Virus record (IMG/VR): IMGVR_UViG_3300030618_000013
Direction: 5' to 3' (one strand)
DNA length: 64,000 nucleotides
DNA from: an uncultured virus (IMG/VR IMGVR_UViG_3300030618_000013)
Lineage: Duplodnaviria > Heunggongvirae > Uroviricota > Caudoviricetes
The notes under the pieces were generated by a model. The model was not told the origin of the DNA. It saw only the letters and a list, made by a program, of their open reading frames with translations, and did not search any database. A program made the translations under genes and the position numbers. This document shows positions 29,148 to 39,422 of this stretch, piece by piece (the first letter of the stretch is position 1; every line of letters starts with the position of its first letter).

Positions 29148-29483
29148 ATGAGGCATAAACCTATTTCTGATGTTGAGGCTAAATACAAGGCTAGACTCAT
29201 GGACAGTAATCAAAAGTATGGTACGGGGACCAAGGCTAGTTCAGGTTCACAGGTAGGCTACAAACTAAGGATTGATTTCCTACGTCTGTTAGGCATCGTT
29301 TGGTCCATTTCTTACTTCGCGCTACCCATGCTTAAGATATTTCGCGTGCCCCTAGTTGTCGATTGGTCTTGGTACTAGGTGACCTTTCCCTATTGGGGAC
29401 CCTTCGCCTTGATGCTGGGCGTCATTCTGTTCATTTGCGCAGTGTTTTTTGCTAGTCTGTTTCACCATACTGGTAGCATCTAA
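29148..29483 (+). pseudogene. membrane protein interrupted by an in-frame TAG at 29376
   Basis: VDWSWY*VTFPYWGPF continues in frame into a hydrophobic helix; fits the DWSWWWVxxPxW phage membrane motif. Confidence 0.65.
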
Positions 29484-29513
29484 AGTGCTAAACTTCTAAT
29501 TTAAGGAATTTTT

Positions 29514-29705
29514 ATGGGTACTCTAGCGGAGGATCTAGCAGCAGAAGTTAAGTCTCAGGTTGAAGCTGCTGAGCATTTCAAGAATCTTTGGATGCAAGCC
29601 AGCGAAGAGTTGGAACGCGTCAAAGCCGAGCTAGTTGAGGAGAAGATTGCGCACAAGGCCACTACCAGATCTTATGAGCACCATCTTAAATTAATGAGGA
29701 CCTGA
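29514..29705 (+). CDS. small coiled-coil protein, paralog of 47874
   Basis: AEHFKNLWMQA shared. Confidence 0.7.
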   Translation: MGTLAEDLAAEVKSQVEAAEHFKNLWMQASEELERVKAELVEEKIAHKATTRSYEHHLKLMRT

Positions 29706-29707
29706 CC

Positions 29708-29959
29708 ATGCCGCCATCAGGAGGGGATGGACTTTGTGACTTACCTAATACCGAGGGTGCTCGTAAATACCCGGTACTGTTCACAACAACGACTAGAGGC
29801 TTCACGAACGCAGCCAAAAGCCTCTCGGCCACGTCCTACGTTTACGAATTCGAAACTAAGATTTCAGCTATTCGTGCGTTCAAGCGGACAAGCAAATGTT
29901 GGGTAGCATCGCACATACAAGTTTACGCATCCATGCTATTTGATCCAGATGACGAATAA
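29708..29959 (+). CDS. hypothetical protein
   Basis: 83 aa ORF, GAGGA RBS. Confidence 0.55.
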   Translation: MPPSGGDGLCDLPNTEGARKYPVLFTTTTRGFTNAAKSLSATSYVYEFETKISAIRAFKRTSKCWVASHIQVYASMLFDPDDE

Positions 29960-30018
29960 CCGTAAACTCAATCGGCATTTAACGCCAGTTCAGTCAGAAT
30001 CAACGAACAAGGATTAAA

Positions 30019-30435
30019 ATGAAAACAGTTTACCAAGCGGCAGACGGCAAAATATTTGAATCGGATACCGAGTGTAGCAACTACGAGTTTTTGATAAATG
30101 TAGCACAAGACAAGGTCTTTATTCAGGCTGTAACTGAGACTTTTGGACCTCTGGTAACAACCATTATTGACGGCGGTGGCGGTTGTGAGTGTGAGTGTGA
30201 CGATGATGAGCATGCCCAGGACTACGATGAATGCGGTTGTGACGGCGACGATGACATCCGAGGTATTCCCGTGGACGGAAAGGTGGATTGGGATAATTTA
30301 GCAAGAGCACTAGCCTTGAACTTTGCAGCCCTAACCAGCGCGTTTCACAGTTCTGGTCAGAACCCGCAAGTCGAAAAAGGCACAAAGAAAGCGCGCAAGA
30401 CTCGTCATGCTAAACTTATAGACGGCGAAGTCTAA
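30019..30435 (+). CDS. hypothetical protein with Cys/Asp-rich insert
   Basis: YQAADGKIFESDTEC..YE N-terminus; CECECDDD segment. Confidence 0.7.
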   Translation: MKTVYQAADGKIFESDTECSNYEFLINVAQDKVFIQAVTETFGPLVTTIIDGGGGCECECDDDEHAQDYDECGCDGDDDIRGIPVDGKVDWDNLARALALNFAALTSAFHSSGQNPQVEKGTKKARKTRHAKLIDGEV

Positions 30436-30444
30436 ACTATGAAG

Positions 30445-30472
30445 GGCCTATAGAAAATGAAATCTATAGGCC
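30445..30472 (+). terminator. stem-loop
   Basis: GGCCTATAGA / TCTATAGGCC perfect 10 bp inverted repeat. Confidence 0.55.
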
Positions 30473-30627
30473 TAATTCTACATTTAACCTCTCATCCGCA
30501 TTCGTCGGCTCGTAAATTTCACACTTTTAAAAACTTGTGCTATTATATTTTCATATAAGTTATGTTGTGCTGAACTTAGACTCAGACTTAAACTTATTTA
30601 CATAGTACATGGAACTAAAAGGCTGAA

Positions 30628-31521
30628 ATGGCACACATCATATGGACGAAGGAAGAGAAGCACAAGATTGCTCTGGCCGCTTGGCTAACGCGTCAAATTC
30701 ACCCAGCCCGGAATTTGACGCGAATCGTTAGAGACTCTATGGAAGAGCAAATCGTAAGCTCTAGGCACCGAGACATCCGCCAGTCGCAAAGCTACATGTC
30801 TTGGTTGATGCCTCTGTGGAAAATCTTTGATGCTGGTCTAGCAGCCGAGAATCAAGGCTTATCTACATTTCATCTGGATCCTGACAATCCCGAGTCGGCT
30901 TTGCTGCCTGTATCTGCAGCAAGAGTAGACGCAGCCCCTAGTGAGAAATATCAGGCAATCAAACCAATGGTTGTTCCTGAAGTCGAAAGACAGGCCTTGG
31001 CTCAAGCCCACACCCACTCTCAATCTCAATGTAGTGCTGCACACTGTATGGAAACTTTTAGCCTAGACGAACTATTGGCAGAAGTAACGGTCCGCATCAA
31101 AGACCTTTCTAGTCCGGAACAACTGAGGACCCTCATCAGATCGGAAGTTAATGACGTGCTGAATCGTCGACTACCCGGAGTGTTGGCACCAGACGTACCA
31201 GAAGAACCAAGGACCGACTTTGAGGACCCTGTATCTCGTACTCGATTACCTAAAGTATGTGTCATAGGTTTGCTGCCCTCTCAACAAGAATTGTTTAGGC
31301 ACCAATATGCTAATGTGCTGGACCTACATTTTCTTGACGGTAATATTGGATTTAACCGATTAAAGAAAACGGTAGAACTCATGGACTGGACCTACAAAAC
31401 CAAGTGGGCCAACATTGAGGGTAAGTTATCGTCTTTGGATAAGATTACCTGCACTATGGGTGGCCTAGAGACCCTTCGTAATCTCATTAACAGGCAGCTC
31501 AGTGTTGTCCATAATACGTGA
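30628..31521 (+). CDS. hypothetical protein
   Basis: 297 aa; upstream TTCACA-N17-TATTAT promoter candidate at 30518-30546. Confidence 0.7.
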   Translation: MAHIIWTKEEKHKIALAAWLTRQIHPARNLTRIVRDSMEEQIVSSRHRDIRQSQSYMSWLMPLWKIFDAGLAAENQGLSTFHLDPDNPESALLPVSAARVDAAPSEKYQAIKPMVVPEVERQALAQAHTHSQSQCSAAHCMETFSLDELLAEVTVRIKDLSSPEQLRTLIRSEVNDVLNRRLPGVLAPDVPEEPRTDFEDPVSRTRLPKVCVIGLLPSQQELFRHQYANVLDLHFLDGNIGFNRLKKTVELMDWTYKTKWANIEGKLSSLDKITCTMGGLETLRNLINRQLSVVHNT

Positions 31522-31534
31522 ACTGGAGTCTCAA

Positions 31535-32221
31535 ATGTTAAATCAAGTCGTCACGAGCGTGGGCACGGGCACTGATAAATCAGCTAAAAAAGCAATGCGT
31601 TTGTTGCTCAGTTCTGTATTTCAAGAAACGGAAAATGAAACTGATTCTGGATTCAAATCCGAGGCCAAAGGAAAACCTCTGATTGAGTGTGTCTACGATT
31701 TCGTGAAGGTCCAACCGGCTGGATGTACGATCTTCTACATAGTCAAGAACCAAGAGTCCTTACAATACGGTAAGCGTCCTACGTTTGCCTCAATCAGTTC
31801 CTCACTATCTTTGTTGAAGAAAGCAGGTATTGTTGAGGTCTCAAAGAATAAAGACCAATCGTCAACGTTTAAAGTGGTTGCCGAGTACTCCAAGGACAGG
31901 GCTTATACATCAAAGAAAGGTGTATCAAGACGAGTACCAAATTATGCACATTTGGATACCAAGTTCTTCATTGTGATTCGAAGCGTGGTCCCGGTGTCCC
32001 TTGCTGACTGGAGTGACCAAGGTCCTACCTATCGACATCTGATTCATTTTTCGGAATCAGATGGTCCCATGTTTGAATCTGAGGACGTCTGTGAACACAA
32101 TACGGTCATCGTGATTTCTAATGAGGCTTCCGCACTCCGTCTATACGACCAAATTATAAAATGGTATGCTGAGCACAATCTAGAGACCCCAACAGGATTG
32201 CGTATTGCATATGCAGGCTAA
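31535..32221 (+). CDS. putative winged-helix DNA-binding protein
   Basis: SISSSLSLLKKAGIVEV followed by a beta-hairpin pattern; GGAG RBS. Confidence 0.5.
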   Translation: MLNQVVTSVGTGTDKSAKKAMRLLLSSVFQETENETDSGFKSEAKGKPLIECVYDFVKVQPAGCTIFYIVKNQESLQYGKRPTFASISSSLSLLKKAGIVEVSKNKDQSSTFKVVAEYSKDRAYTSKKGVSRRVPNYAHLDTKFFIVIRSVVPVSLADWSDQGPTYRHLIHFSESDGPMFESEDVCEHNTVIVISNEASALRLYDQIIKWYAEHNLETPTGLRIAYAG

Positions 32222-32427
32222 AATTATCGGCTATCAGGATTATCCTGTGAAAATAGTTCTTGATCAAAGGCAGTAAAGTTATTCAGGTGGTACGTGTCAA
32301 AACGATTGAAGATTTCAATGCAAAGTTTAATCAGATTTGGGGATCGGCTGCGGCTATGCGTAACATCCGAGTAGCTGTCACCAAAAATCCGCTGTACTTT
32401 AGTTGATGCTATATCAGCAAATAATTG

Positions 32428-32456
32428 TTGGCACCAACCCTAATTTAGTATATACT
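32428..32456 (+). promoter_or_regulatory. repeated sigma70-type promoter
   Basis: TTGGCA-N17-TATACT with upstream AAATAATTG. Confidence 0.8.
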
Positions 32457-32531
32457 TAGATATAACGAACAACTTTAAGTTGGGTGTCTTTTAACGGGAA
32501 TAACTAGAAATTATTAAAAGGGAATTTCAAA

Positions 32532-32981
32532 GTGAAAATTCTTGCTATGTCACTGAATCGGGGGACCGCATTAAAACATGTTGGAAACTTAGCCCCAAAA
32601 ATCGCAGAGCACATCATCAAGGTATTTTTGTTTCCGCACTGTACCTATACTAAAGGCTGGCTCAAGGAACTTAATGCCTGGTACTCGTCGGTAGCGGATA
32701 CGGGTAGCAACATAAAGAAGGGCAAGAAGCTTAATGCTGACGACTACTTCGATATCTTGATTAGACCACTTATGGGCGAGGGCCTTAAAAAGATTTATAA
32801 AGGTGTAATCGTGGGAAACCCCGAACTTAAACTGGAGAGGTTTCCGATTCGAGATCTGCACGTATTAGACAGCATGACAACAGGCCTGTACCTGCACTTG
32901 GCTAATTGTCTGGAGGATGATGAGCCTTGGGAGCACTTCGCTGGGACCCTTAGAAATTATACGCATACGGAAATAAAATGA
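32532..32981 (+). CDS. DUF29-like protein
   Basis: IAEHIIKVFLFP..KGWLKEL resembles the DUF29 EHLLK..W..EI motif. Confidence 0.5.
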   Translation: MKILAMSLNRGTALKHVGNLAPKIAEHIIKVFLFPHCTYTKGWLKELNAWYSSVADTGSNIKKGKKLNADDYFDILIRPLMGEGLKKIYKGVIVGNPELKLERFPIRDLHVLDSMTTGLYLHLANCLEDDEPWEHFAGTLRNYTHTEIK

Positions 32982-33685
32982 TAGCCAAAAAATATGAGTT
33001 TGTAAGCGGGGACGTTATCACTTACCAGGGATACGAGCTGTATCGTATCCGTGCCTTAGTAAGTCTTGGCGGCGGTAGCTCTTCTGTCAAGGCCGGAGCG
33101 TTAGGCGGATACATACATTCTGAAGACAATCTCTCACATGAAGGGCAGTGCTGGGTCGGTGGTGAGGCCAAAGCCTGCGGTTATAGTCGTGTTACTGAAG
33201 ACGCGAAACTCTACGGTACTGCGTGCATATCAGACCACGCAAGCCTAAGTGGTCACGCACGAGTTCTTGGTAACGCTATACTATTCGATCATGCTCTGGT
33301 TACCGACTACACAGTAGCTTCTGGTAACGCTGTCATGCACGGTCGATCAAAGCTCACAGGAAACGGCGGAATTAGCGACAATGTTGTTATGGAAGACGAC
33401 GCGCATATTGCAGGTGTTGCTAGAGTGAGTGGCATGGCTAGACTATTAGGGACTGCTTTCATACAGCACAATGAGGACGTGCAGTGGTACGGCGGCGTAG
33501 GGTCTGAGGGTGGGGTACTAACTGCCTATCGATGCTCTGACCAGTGGGTATGGGTGAACAGAGGATGTTTCGTGGGTAGTCTTTCCGAGTTCAAAGAACG
33601 CGTTATTTTCGAGCATCGGGATAACAAGTATGGCAAGAACTACCTATTATTAATAGCCGCCATCGAACAATGGTTTTGTTTATGA
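32978..33685 (+). CDS. hexapeptide-repeat (left-handed beta-helix) phage protein
   Basis: KKYEF..LYRIRAL..GGYI.SEDNLSHEG.CWV then xxGxAx repeats, ending RGCFVGSL.EF. Confidence 0.8.
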   Translation: MIAKKYEFVSGDVITYQGYELYRIRALVSLGGGSSSVKAGALGGYIHSEDNLSHEGQCWVGGEAKACGYSRVTEDAKLYGTACISDHASLSGHARVLGNAILFDHALVTDYTVASGNAVMHGRSKLTGNGGISDNVVMEDDAHIAGVARVSGMARLLGTAFIQHNEDVQWYGGVGSEGGVLTAYRCSDQWVWVNRGCFVGSLSEFKERVIFEHRDNKYGKNYLLLIAAIEQWFCL

Positions 33686-33723
33686 CTACTCAAACCTAAG
33701 ATCATCAGAATAAGGGACTGAAT

Positions 33724-35655
33724 ATGAAGACCAAAGCAGAACTACTGGCCGAACTGAAACTGGTCTACACGAAGGCCAAGGCCGCGTACTACAGTGCTGA
33801 CGGCAGCAAGAAAAAACTGTTGATGTCCGATGCAGAGTTTGATGCTCTGGAGGACAGGATTCGTAAGCTTGATCCAAAATGGGTAGGACTCAAGAAGACT
33901 GGCGTGCAGGTCGAAGATAAGAAGGTTGAAGCCCCGCTTTTTGAACTGATGCCGTCTCTCAACAAAATGTACGAAGATGGGGTGGACAAGTTCTATAAAC
34001 GCATGACCATGGTAGGGACACGTAAATGGATTTGGATGGATAAACTGGATGGTGCAAGCCTACAGGTCGTTTATGAGAAGGGTAAGCCCTACAAATTATT
34101 CACACGCGGTGACGGCACACTTGGTGGCGACGTCAGCTTCTTGCTTCCTGCTCTAGTTAAGTGGGGGCGCATACCGCCACAAATTCCTGTAAACGAAAGC
34201 ACGGTCTTTCGGCTGGAAGCTTTGATGCGGGTCAAAACTTTTGAGGCTCGGTGGAGTCGCGAGGCCAAGGGCAAAACGGGGTTTGACAATATACGCAATA
34301 TGACTAACGGCCTCTTCAACCAGAAGAAGGCACACCCTGCCCTTGAATTAATTGATATGGTTGTGTTGGGTGTGTACGGCCTGGAGCTTGAATGCGGTTT
34401 GGAACTTGCCAAAGATTGGGGATTTAAAACAGTGCGCTATTCTGTGGTCGTCGACAGTCGTAGTTCAGCGGCGCACTCCTTACACCTCGCAGCTCATAAG
34501 GATAGTTCCAACTACGAGATGGACGGTTTAGTAATTGCCCCCGCTAATTTCGTACTGGACTATAAAACAAGCGACAAGCCGAAAGAGTTGGTGGCCTTCA
34601 AGTTCAATGACGAGGATAACGCACCCCAAGTCAAAGTTGAATCCATTATTTGGCAGAAAACTCGCTTAAAGCGCTGGATAGGTAAGGTTAAGATTCCCCC
34701 AACACTAATGGACGGTGCCATGGTCGAACACGCGACAGCACACAACGCCAAGTGGATGATGGACCGTGGTATAGGGCCTGGAGCTATAATCAAGGTCCTA
34801 CGTTCAGGTGGTGTCATACCAAAGATTGTTGGTGTCGTCAAGACCGCGAAATTCGAACCGCCTCCTGGTCCCTACAAAATCGAAGGTGTGCATTTCTTGA
34901 TGTTAGAAGGTGACAAGGCATCCGATGTGCGGGGCATCCATCATTTCATGACCACACTGGATGTTGAGTTCCTGGCCGCTAAGACTTTGGAAAAACTATA
35001 TTATTCGGGACTTGATTCACCTGAGCAGTATATTGATTTGGTTTACAACTACAATGAATCGGTAGCGACCAATTTTTTGGTTACTGACGGAGGCTTAGGT
35101 GAAAAACAATCAGCCAAAATCGTAGTTGAGTTGTGCCGTGTCCTGAAGTCCAAGATTCCAATCAAGCTTTTGATGGTGGCCTCTGGCTGTTTTGAAAAAG
35201 GTGGTATGGGCAAACGTAAACTCGAACAGCTGGAAGCCGCTGGCTTGTCTATGGGCGAGCTCTTAACTATGTCCCCGGAGACAATACGTAGCGAGGTCCC
35301 CAAGATCAAAGGTTTTAATACCACAACTGCTGAAATTCTTGTAGCTGGTGTTATTGAGTTTCGCAAGTGGTACAAGCGGGTGAAGACTATGCTGGACGTT
35401 GATGGCGAAATACCCAAGAAAAAAGTTAGGGCTAAGGGCCTGCCCTTGGCGGGACTAAAAGTTGCTTGGACCAGTTATAGATCAAAGGATGAAGAAAAAA
35501 CCGTAGAAGAAAATGGTGGCGACATCGTGAAATACGGTGCGTCCATGGACATCCTGCTTTACCGCGAAACTGCAAGGTTTATGGACAAAATCGAAAAAGC
35601 TGGTGCCAAGGCCATTACCTGGGATAAATTCTGTATCAAGTACGGAGTAAAATAA
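33724..35655 (+). CDS. ligA: NAD-dependent DNA ligase
   Basis: AYY..MSDAEFD.LED, MPSLNK, adenylation KLDG, TRGDG..G, DGLVI, AFKF, RSGGVIPKI, HhH and BRCT-like C-terminus. Confidence 0.92.
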   Translation: MKTKAELLAELKLVYTKAKAAYYSADGSKKKLLMSDAEFDALEDRIRKLDPKWVGLKKTGVQVEDKKVEAPLFELMPSLNKMYEDGVDKFYKRMTMVGTRKWIWMDKLDGASLQVVYEKGKPYKLFTRGDGTLGGDVSFLLPALVKWGRIPPQIPVNESTVFRLEALMRVKTFEARWSREAKGKTGFDNIRNMTNGLFNQKKAHPALELIDMVVLGVYGLELECGLELAKDWGFKTVRYSVVVDSRSSAAHSLHLAAHKDSSNYEMDGLVIAPANFVLDYKTSDKPKELVAFKFNDEDNAPQVKVESIIWQKTRLKRWIGKVKIPPTLMDGAMVEHATAHNAKWMMDRGIGPGAIIKVLRSGGVIPKIVGVVKTAKFEPPPGPYKIEGVHFLMLEGDKASDVRGIHHFMTTLDVEFLAAKTLEKLYYSGLDSPEQYIDLVYNYNESVATNFLVTDGGLGEKQSAKIVVELCRVLKSKIPIKLLMVASGCFEKGGMGKRKLEQLEAAGLSMGELLTMSPETIRSEVPKIKGFNTTTAEILVAGVIEFRKWYKRVKTMLDVDGEIPKKKVRAKGLPLAGLKVAWTSYRSKDEEKTVEENGGDIVKYGASMDILLYRETARFMDKIEKAGAKAITWDKFCIKYGVK

Positions 35656-36020
35656 TGAGTCCTAAAACTGTGCAAGACTACCCAAAACTTTTGCACTGTG
35701 TAAATACAGTTGGTAGAAGTATGAACTTGGACTTAGACGCTGAAACCTTGGCTACAATTTTGTCACTTCTGATTCGACAATTTACCGAGGCCCGTTCTTT
35801 GTCAAAACTGTTGGCTGCTGAGCGATGGCTAGGCAAACTGAATTTGTCTATTTTAGATTCTATACTAGTGAACAGTCCAAAATTAGAGGCTCACACTATT
35901 AGAACGATTTATGCCCAGCAACGTGGGCCTAGTATAGCTCTGGACATGCCTAGTTCTGTTGAATACGTATTATTCCGCATATACAGGATACTGACACGAG
36001 CGTCTAACAAATATACATGA
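35655..36020 (+). CDS. hypothetical protein
   Basis: 121 aa ORF coupled to the ligase stop. Confidence 0.6.
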   Translation: MSPKTVQDYPKLLHCVNTVGRSMNLDLDAETLATILSLLIRQFTEARSLSKLLAAERWLGKLNLSILDSILVNSPKLEAHTIRTIYAQQRGPSIALDMPSSVEYVLFRIYRILTRASNKYT

Positions 36021-36029
36021 GGAACACAT

Positions 36030-37547
36030 ATGACTAAGAGTCGCAAAGTCAACGACCTGACACAGTTGCCAGAATTGTTTGTTGAGCCAGAGTCAGAGCC
36101 GGAACTAGGTTTCGGGCTTATGCTGGAGGAGGAACAAAATAAACCAGAACCTGTTCAGGATATCCATGATGCTGTATTAGGATTAATGTACAATTATCGC
36201 GGATGGACCGTGCATGACGTACAATTAAGGCTACCGGATCACCCAGAATGTTATCTGGTGCCAACGATTATGGCTAAATACGCAGCCGATGGTAGACTGG
36301 AGGCTGTCCGTGGCGCGAACGGAATATTGACATTTACTCTAAAGAAGAAAATCTTGGACACGACAATTACCGCGCATAGGGCTAAACGGGTTCACCGAGA
36401 ACCGAATGTTAGACTGGCCCCTGACCCGAAAGGCGTGATTCGTCCGGAGGAGGGACTAGACATCGGTATCTGGAAAGTGATGTCTGATTACAAGCCACGT
36501 ACCGCTTATGAAATTCGAAAAATTCTAGCTGAATACAAGTTCGATAGCCGGATTACTGACAAACGATTGGACACCCTGATTAGAACCAATCGATGGTTTG
36601 AACGCCGGTCACATAAAGGGAGTGGTACTTCTTATACATTGAGAAAGGATTTCCCGATGCCGTCCTTGCTGAAATCTACTGAAAATTTAGTTGACCAGAC
36701 ACAACCCACTAAGGTCGAGGTTGATGCCTATAATCAGAGTCAGGGCCACGAAACAAAGCATAAAGCGCCAACAAATAATCTGGATATGACTCTGGGTTGG
36801 AAGCAAGTAGTACAGGAATCAATTTCAGTTGAAGGCAGCGCCAGCACTAATTCGCAATTTGTCGATCACTCAGCTTCAATGTCAAAAGATGATCCCTTGA
36901 TTGTCCTGATATGGAAAGCGATGTCCGATAGGAAGCCTTATAAATCAGCTGACATCGCGGCATTAATTCAGGCAGTTAGACCCGACTTGAAGGCCCTACG
37001 TATTCAGAACACGATGTCAACAATGAAAGCCAAGGGCTGGTTCATTACTGAACCTGCAGCGGGCCTGACTAAAGGTGCTGTCGCGGGATTAATGTGGAGA
37101 CTCAAGCCTGAAATAGTTGATCCGCATAGCTACACAACAACGGATGCCAACTATAAATACAAAAATATTGACAAGCAAGAACTTGAAAAACAAGTAATGC
37201 AAATTGCACCGGAGAAACTTGAAATGCCCAGCGTCAACACTAGCCAAAGTCTACAAACACCAGCTTCTAAATCTTTGGTCCAGGTCAGGGTCCACGAATC
37301 CTTAGTCCAAGAAGTACCATTGTTGGACCTAACTGTTCGTATTAAAGGATTGCCCCTCAGCCTAAGCGAGTGCCGCCAACTGGTTCACGAGTTACGGAAC
37401 TTGGGTTATGGTAAAGTTGTGGCTCCAGCCCAAAATAGTCTGGTTAACCGGTCGATCACCATTAAAGACACCGATTTTTCTGAACCCGAGTTAGAGACCC
37501 TTATCAAAGGCTTAGTCGCAGAAGGTCTAGTATTGGCAAATAAATAA
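36030..37547 (+). CDS. protein with repeated winged-helix-like domains
   Basis: IWKVMSDYKPRTAYEI and IWKAMSDRKPYKSADI repeats plus a weaker first copy. Confidence 0.6.
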   Translation: MTKSRKVNDLTQLPELFVEPESEPELGFGLMLEEEQNKPEPVQDIHDAVLGLMYNYRGWTVHDVQLRLPDHPECYLVPTIMAKYAADGRLEAVRGANGILTFTLKKKILDTTITAHRAKRVHREPNVRLAPDPKGVIRPEEGLDIGIWKVMSDYKPRTAYEIRKILAEYKFDSRITDKRLDTLIRTNRWFERRSHKGSGTSYTLRKDFPMPSLLKSTENLVDQTQPTKVEVDAYNQSQGHETKHKAPTNNLDMTLGWKQVVQESISVEGSASTNSQFVDHSASMSKDDPLIVLIWKAMSDRKPYKSADIAALIQAVRPDLKALRIQNTMSTMKAKGWFITEPAAGLTKGAVAGLMWRLKPEIVDPHSYTTTDANYKYKNIDKQELEKQVMQIAPEKLEMPSVNTSQSLQTPASKSLVQVRVHESLVQEVPLLDLTVRIKGLPLSLSECRQLVHELRNLGYGKVVAPAQNSLVNRSITIKDTDFSEPELETLIKGLVAEGLVLANK

Positions 37548-37552
37548 AAGAC

Positions 37553-37879
37553 ATGACCACACCATTTATTAGACGTGAGGGATTCTGGCGAGATAGTGCC
37601 GATTCGATCTTACCGATTCCCAGGACAAAAGCTAAGCCTTGGCCGGGGCACCAACGTTTTCTTGACAAGTTAAAAGACAAAGAGGAAGATGCAGCAACAC
37701 TATGTACCTCGTACCGTGGTTGGTCGACGTGCCGCATCTGCAATAAAGGAAATGGTTGTTCACAATATTCGTCTGATGGGTGGACTTGGCCTTCTGGGTT
37801 CCGACATTACGTTGAGGTCCATCTCGTCAGGCCTTCATTGGCCTTTGAGGAATTTATAATTGGGGAGCATCTGAAATGA
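37553..37879 (+). CDS. hypothetical protein, paralog of 38553
   Basis: REGFW..Y.G.S.CRIC..W.WP.G.RHY.EVH.V.PS. Confidence 0.75.
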   Translation: MTTPFIRREGFWRDSADSILPIPRTKAKPWPGHQRFLDKLKDKEEDAATLCTSYRGWSTCRICNKGNGCSQYSSDGWTWPSGFRHYVEVHLVRPSLAFEEFIIGEHLK

Positions 37880-38578
37880 GTATGATTAATAGCTCTAATT
37901 ATTTAGAAGCATTGATTCGTGACCCCACCGTCATAGGCTTTAGTATTGTAGGTTGTCCAGGACTCACGTATGCGAACTCTGTGCATAGTCCCTCAACAGG
38001 TGGGCGCGTAACCAAGACTGTTCTATTCCTGCATGATGAGCTGCGTAGTGCTGATTCTCTAACACCGACAGAACGTCGACCGCTGATTAGAAAGCTCGTG
38101 AGTCTTGGTCACTCCAATGGTGCCATAGGTAGGATGCTTGGTATTTCGGTTTGGTGTGTTGAGCAGGCGTTGTATAATGATGATTCTGCATGAGGACCTA
38201 TGGTATTTCACAGAGTCTGCCGAGGGTGAGAAACGGGCAGTCCACGTCATACCGCGCTTGAATGTTAGGGACAAAGGTTTCTATAGAGAAGTAGTAAGTA
38301 TGGGCGCGTTCGATGAGCGTAACGTCGAACGCATATACAACAAGAAGAAAAAGAAGACTGAGCACCTAGGTGGTATTCGGTTTCACCATGCCAGACTTAT
38401 TGACTTCGAAATTCACCTGAGGTTCGAGGTTAGAGCTTATGCTCTAACCGCCGATATATCACCATTGCATACGTTTCCTTGGTATGCGCGTCCTAACCTA
38501 CGGGCCTTCTACACGGCTATAGATTACGACTACAAGAGAGGTAGACTTAATCATGGAATCAGCATTGACCAAGCGTGA
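37876..38578 (+). CDS. two hypothetical genes (37876-38193 with C-terminal HTH-like segment; 38177-38578)
   Basis: GHSNGAIGRMLGIS HTH-like; overlapping ORFs. Confidence 0.55.
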
Positions 38579-39032
38579 AGGTTTTTGGTATTCGAAGTAC
38601 GAACAGGGTCTGCCTCACCCAGTGAGTGCTAGTGATGGGTGGAACCCTTATCAATTTCTTGCAGTGTTAGTTCCATTCGAGGACAAGTTACTGGCTGAAG
38701 CTATGTCCGCCGTTCTAGCGCACAACAAGGAGTACGCAGAGTACTATGATACCTGGGGCAGCATTCATCCCGACAACCGACCCCCTCAGCCGCGATACGA
38801 AGAAGCGTTAGTCCTTAGTTACATGGGGTCGTCTAATTGTCGGATCTGTGATTCGCAGGGTCGTGATATGGGCTACCGCGAATTCCACGTTGGTGACTGG
38901 GTGTGGCCCGAAGGTTATCGACACTACATCGAGGTGCATAACGTGAAGCCTAGTGACGAGTTCATGGCCTTCATTACGGACGTTGCCACTTGGCTTGACA
39001 TCAAACCAAAGGAAAGATATGGCATTAGTTAA
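38553..39032 (+). CDS. hypothetical protein, paralog of 37553
   Basis: Same CRIC / WVWPEG / HYIEVH motifs. Confidence 0.75.
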   Translation: MESALTKREGFWYSKYEQGLPHPVSASDGWNPYQFLAVLVPFEDKLLAEAMSAVLAHNKEYAEYYDTWGSIHPDNRPPQPRYEEALVLSYMGSSNCRICDSQGRDMGYREFHVGDWVWPEGYRHYIEVHNVKPSDEFMAFITDVATWLDIKPKERYGIS

Positions 39033-39339
39033 TCTGAATAGCTATGACGCAGAGTTCGGACGCAGCTTGCAGTTACCTAAATGTAATCGCGATGCTTGTA
39101 GTTCAAAATTCGCACCCGTGTTTAATAAAGCAACTAAAACTTATTACTGTATTCCGTGTGCTAACAGGCTCAACGAATACCCTCACGCGCCCCCGTGCTG
39201 TGAGGTATTGACTCCAGAACAGGAACTAGAAGCACATCAAAAGTTCTTGAACGGTGAACTGTACGTTGGAGTCCAGAGGCTGGAAGCTTGGGAAGCAGCT
39301 AACCCGGGCTATAACATACGTTCAAATGTGCTATCATGA
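39019..39339 (+). CDS. Cys-rich zinc-finger-like protein
   Basis: CNRDAC..YYCIPCA..LN..CC. Confidence 0.6.
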   Translation: MALVNLNSYDAEFGRSLQLPKCNRDACSSKFAPVFNKATKTYYCIPCANRLNEYPHAPPCCEVLTPEQELEAHQKFLNGELYVGVQRLEAWEAANPGYNIRSNVLS

Positions 39340-39422
39340 AAATCAAAATACTGAAAGTTCAGGTCAATCACTACTTGCTCAGTCCCAACTAATAGCAATA
39401 TTATTTAATCTAGGATTTCAAT

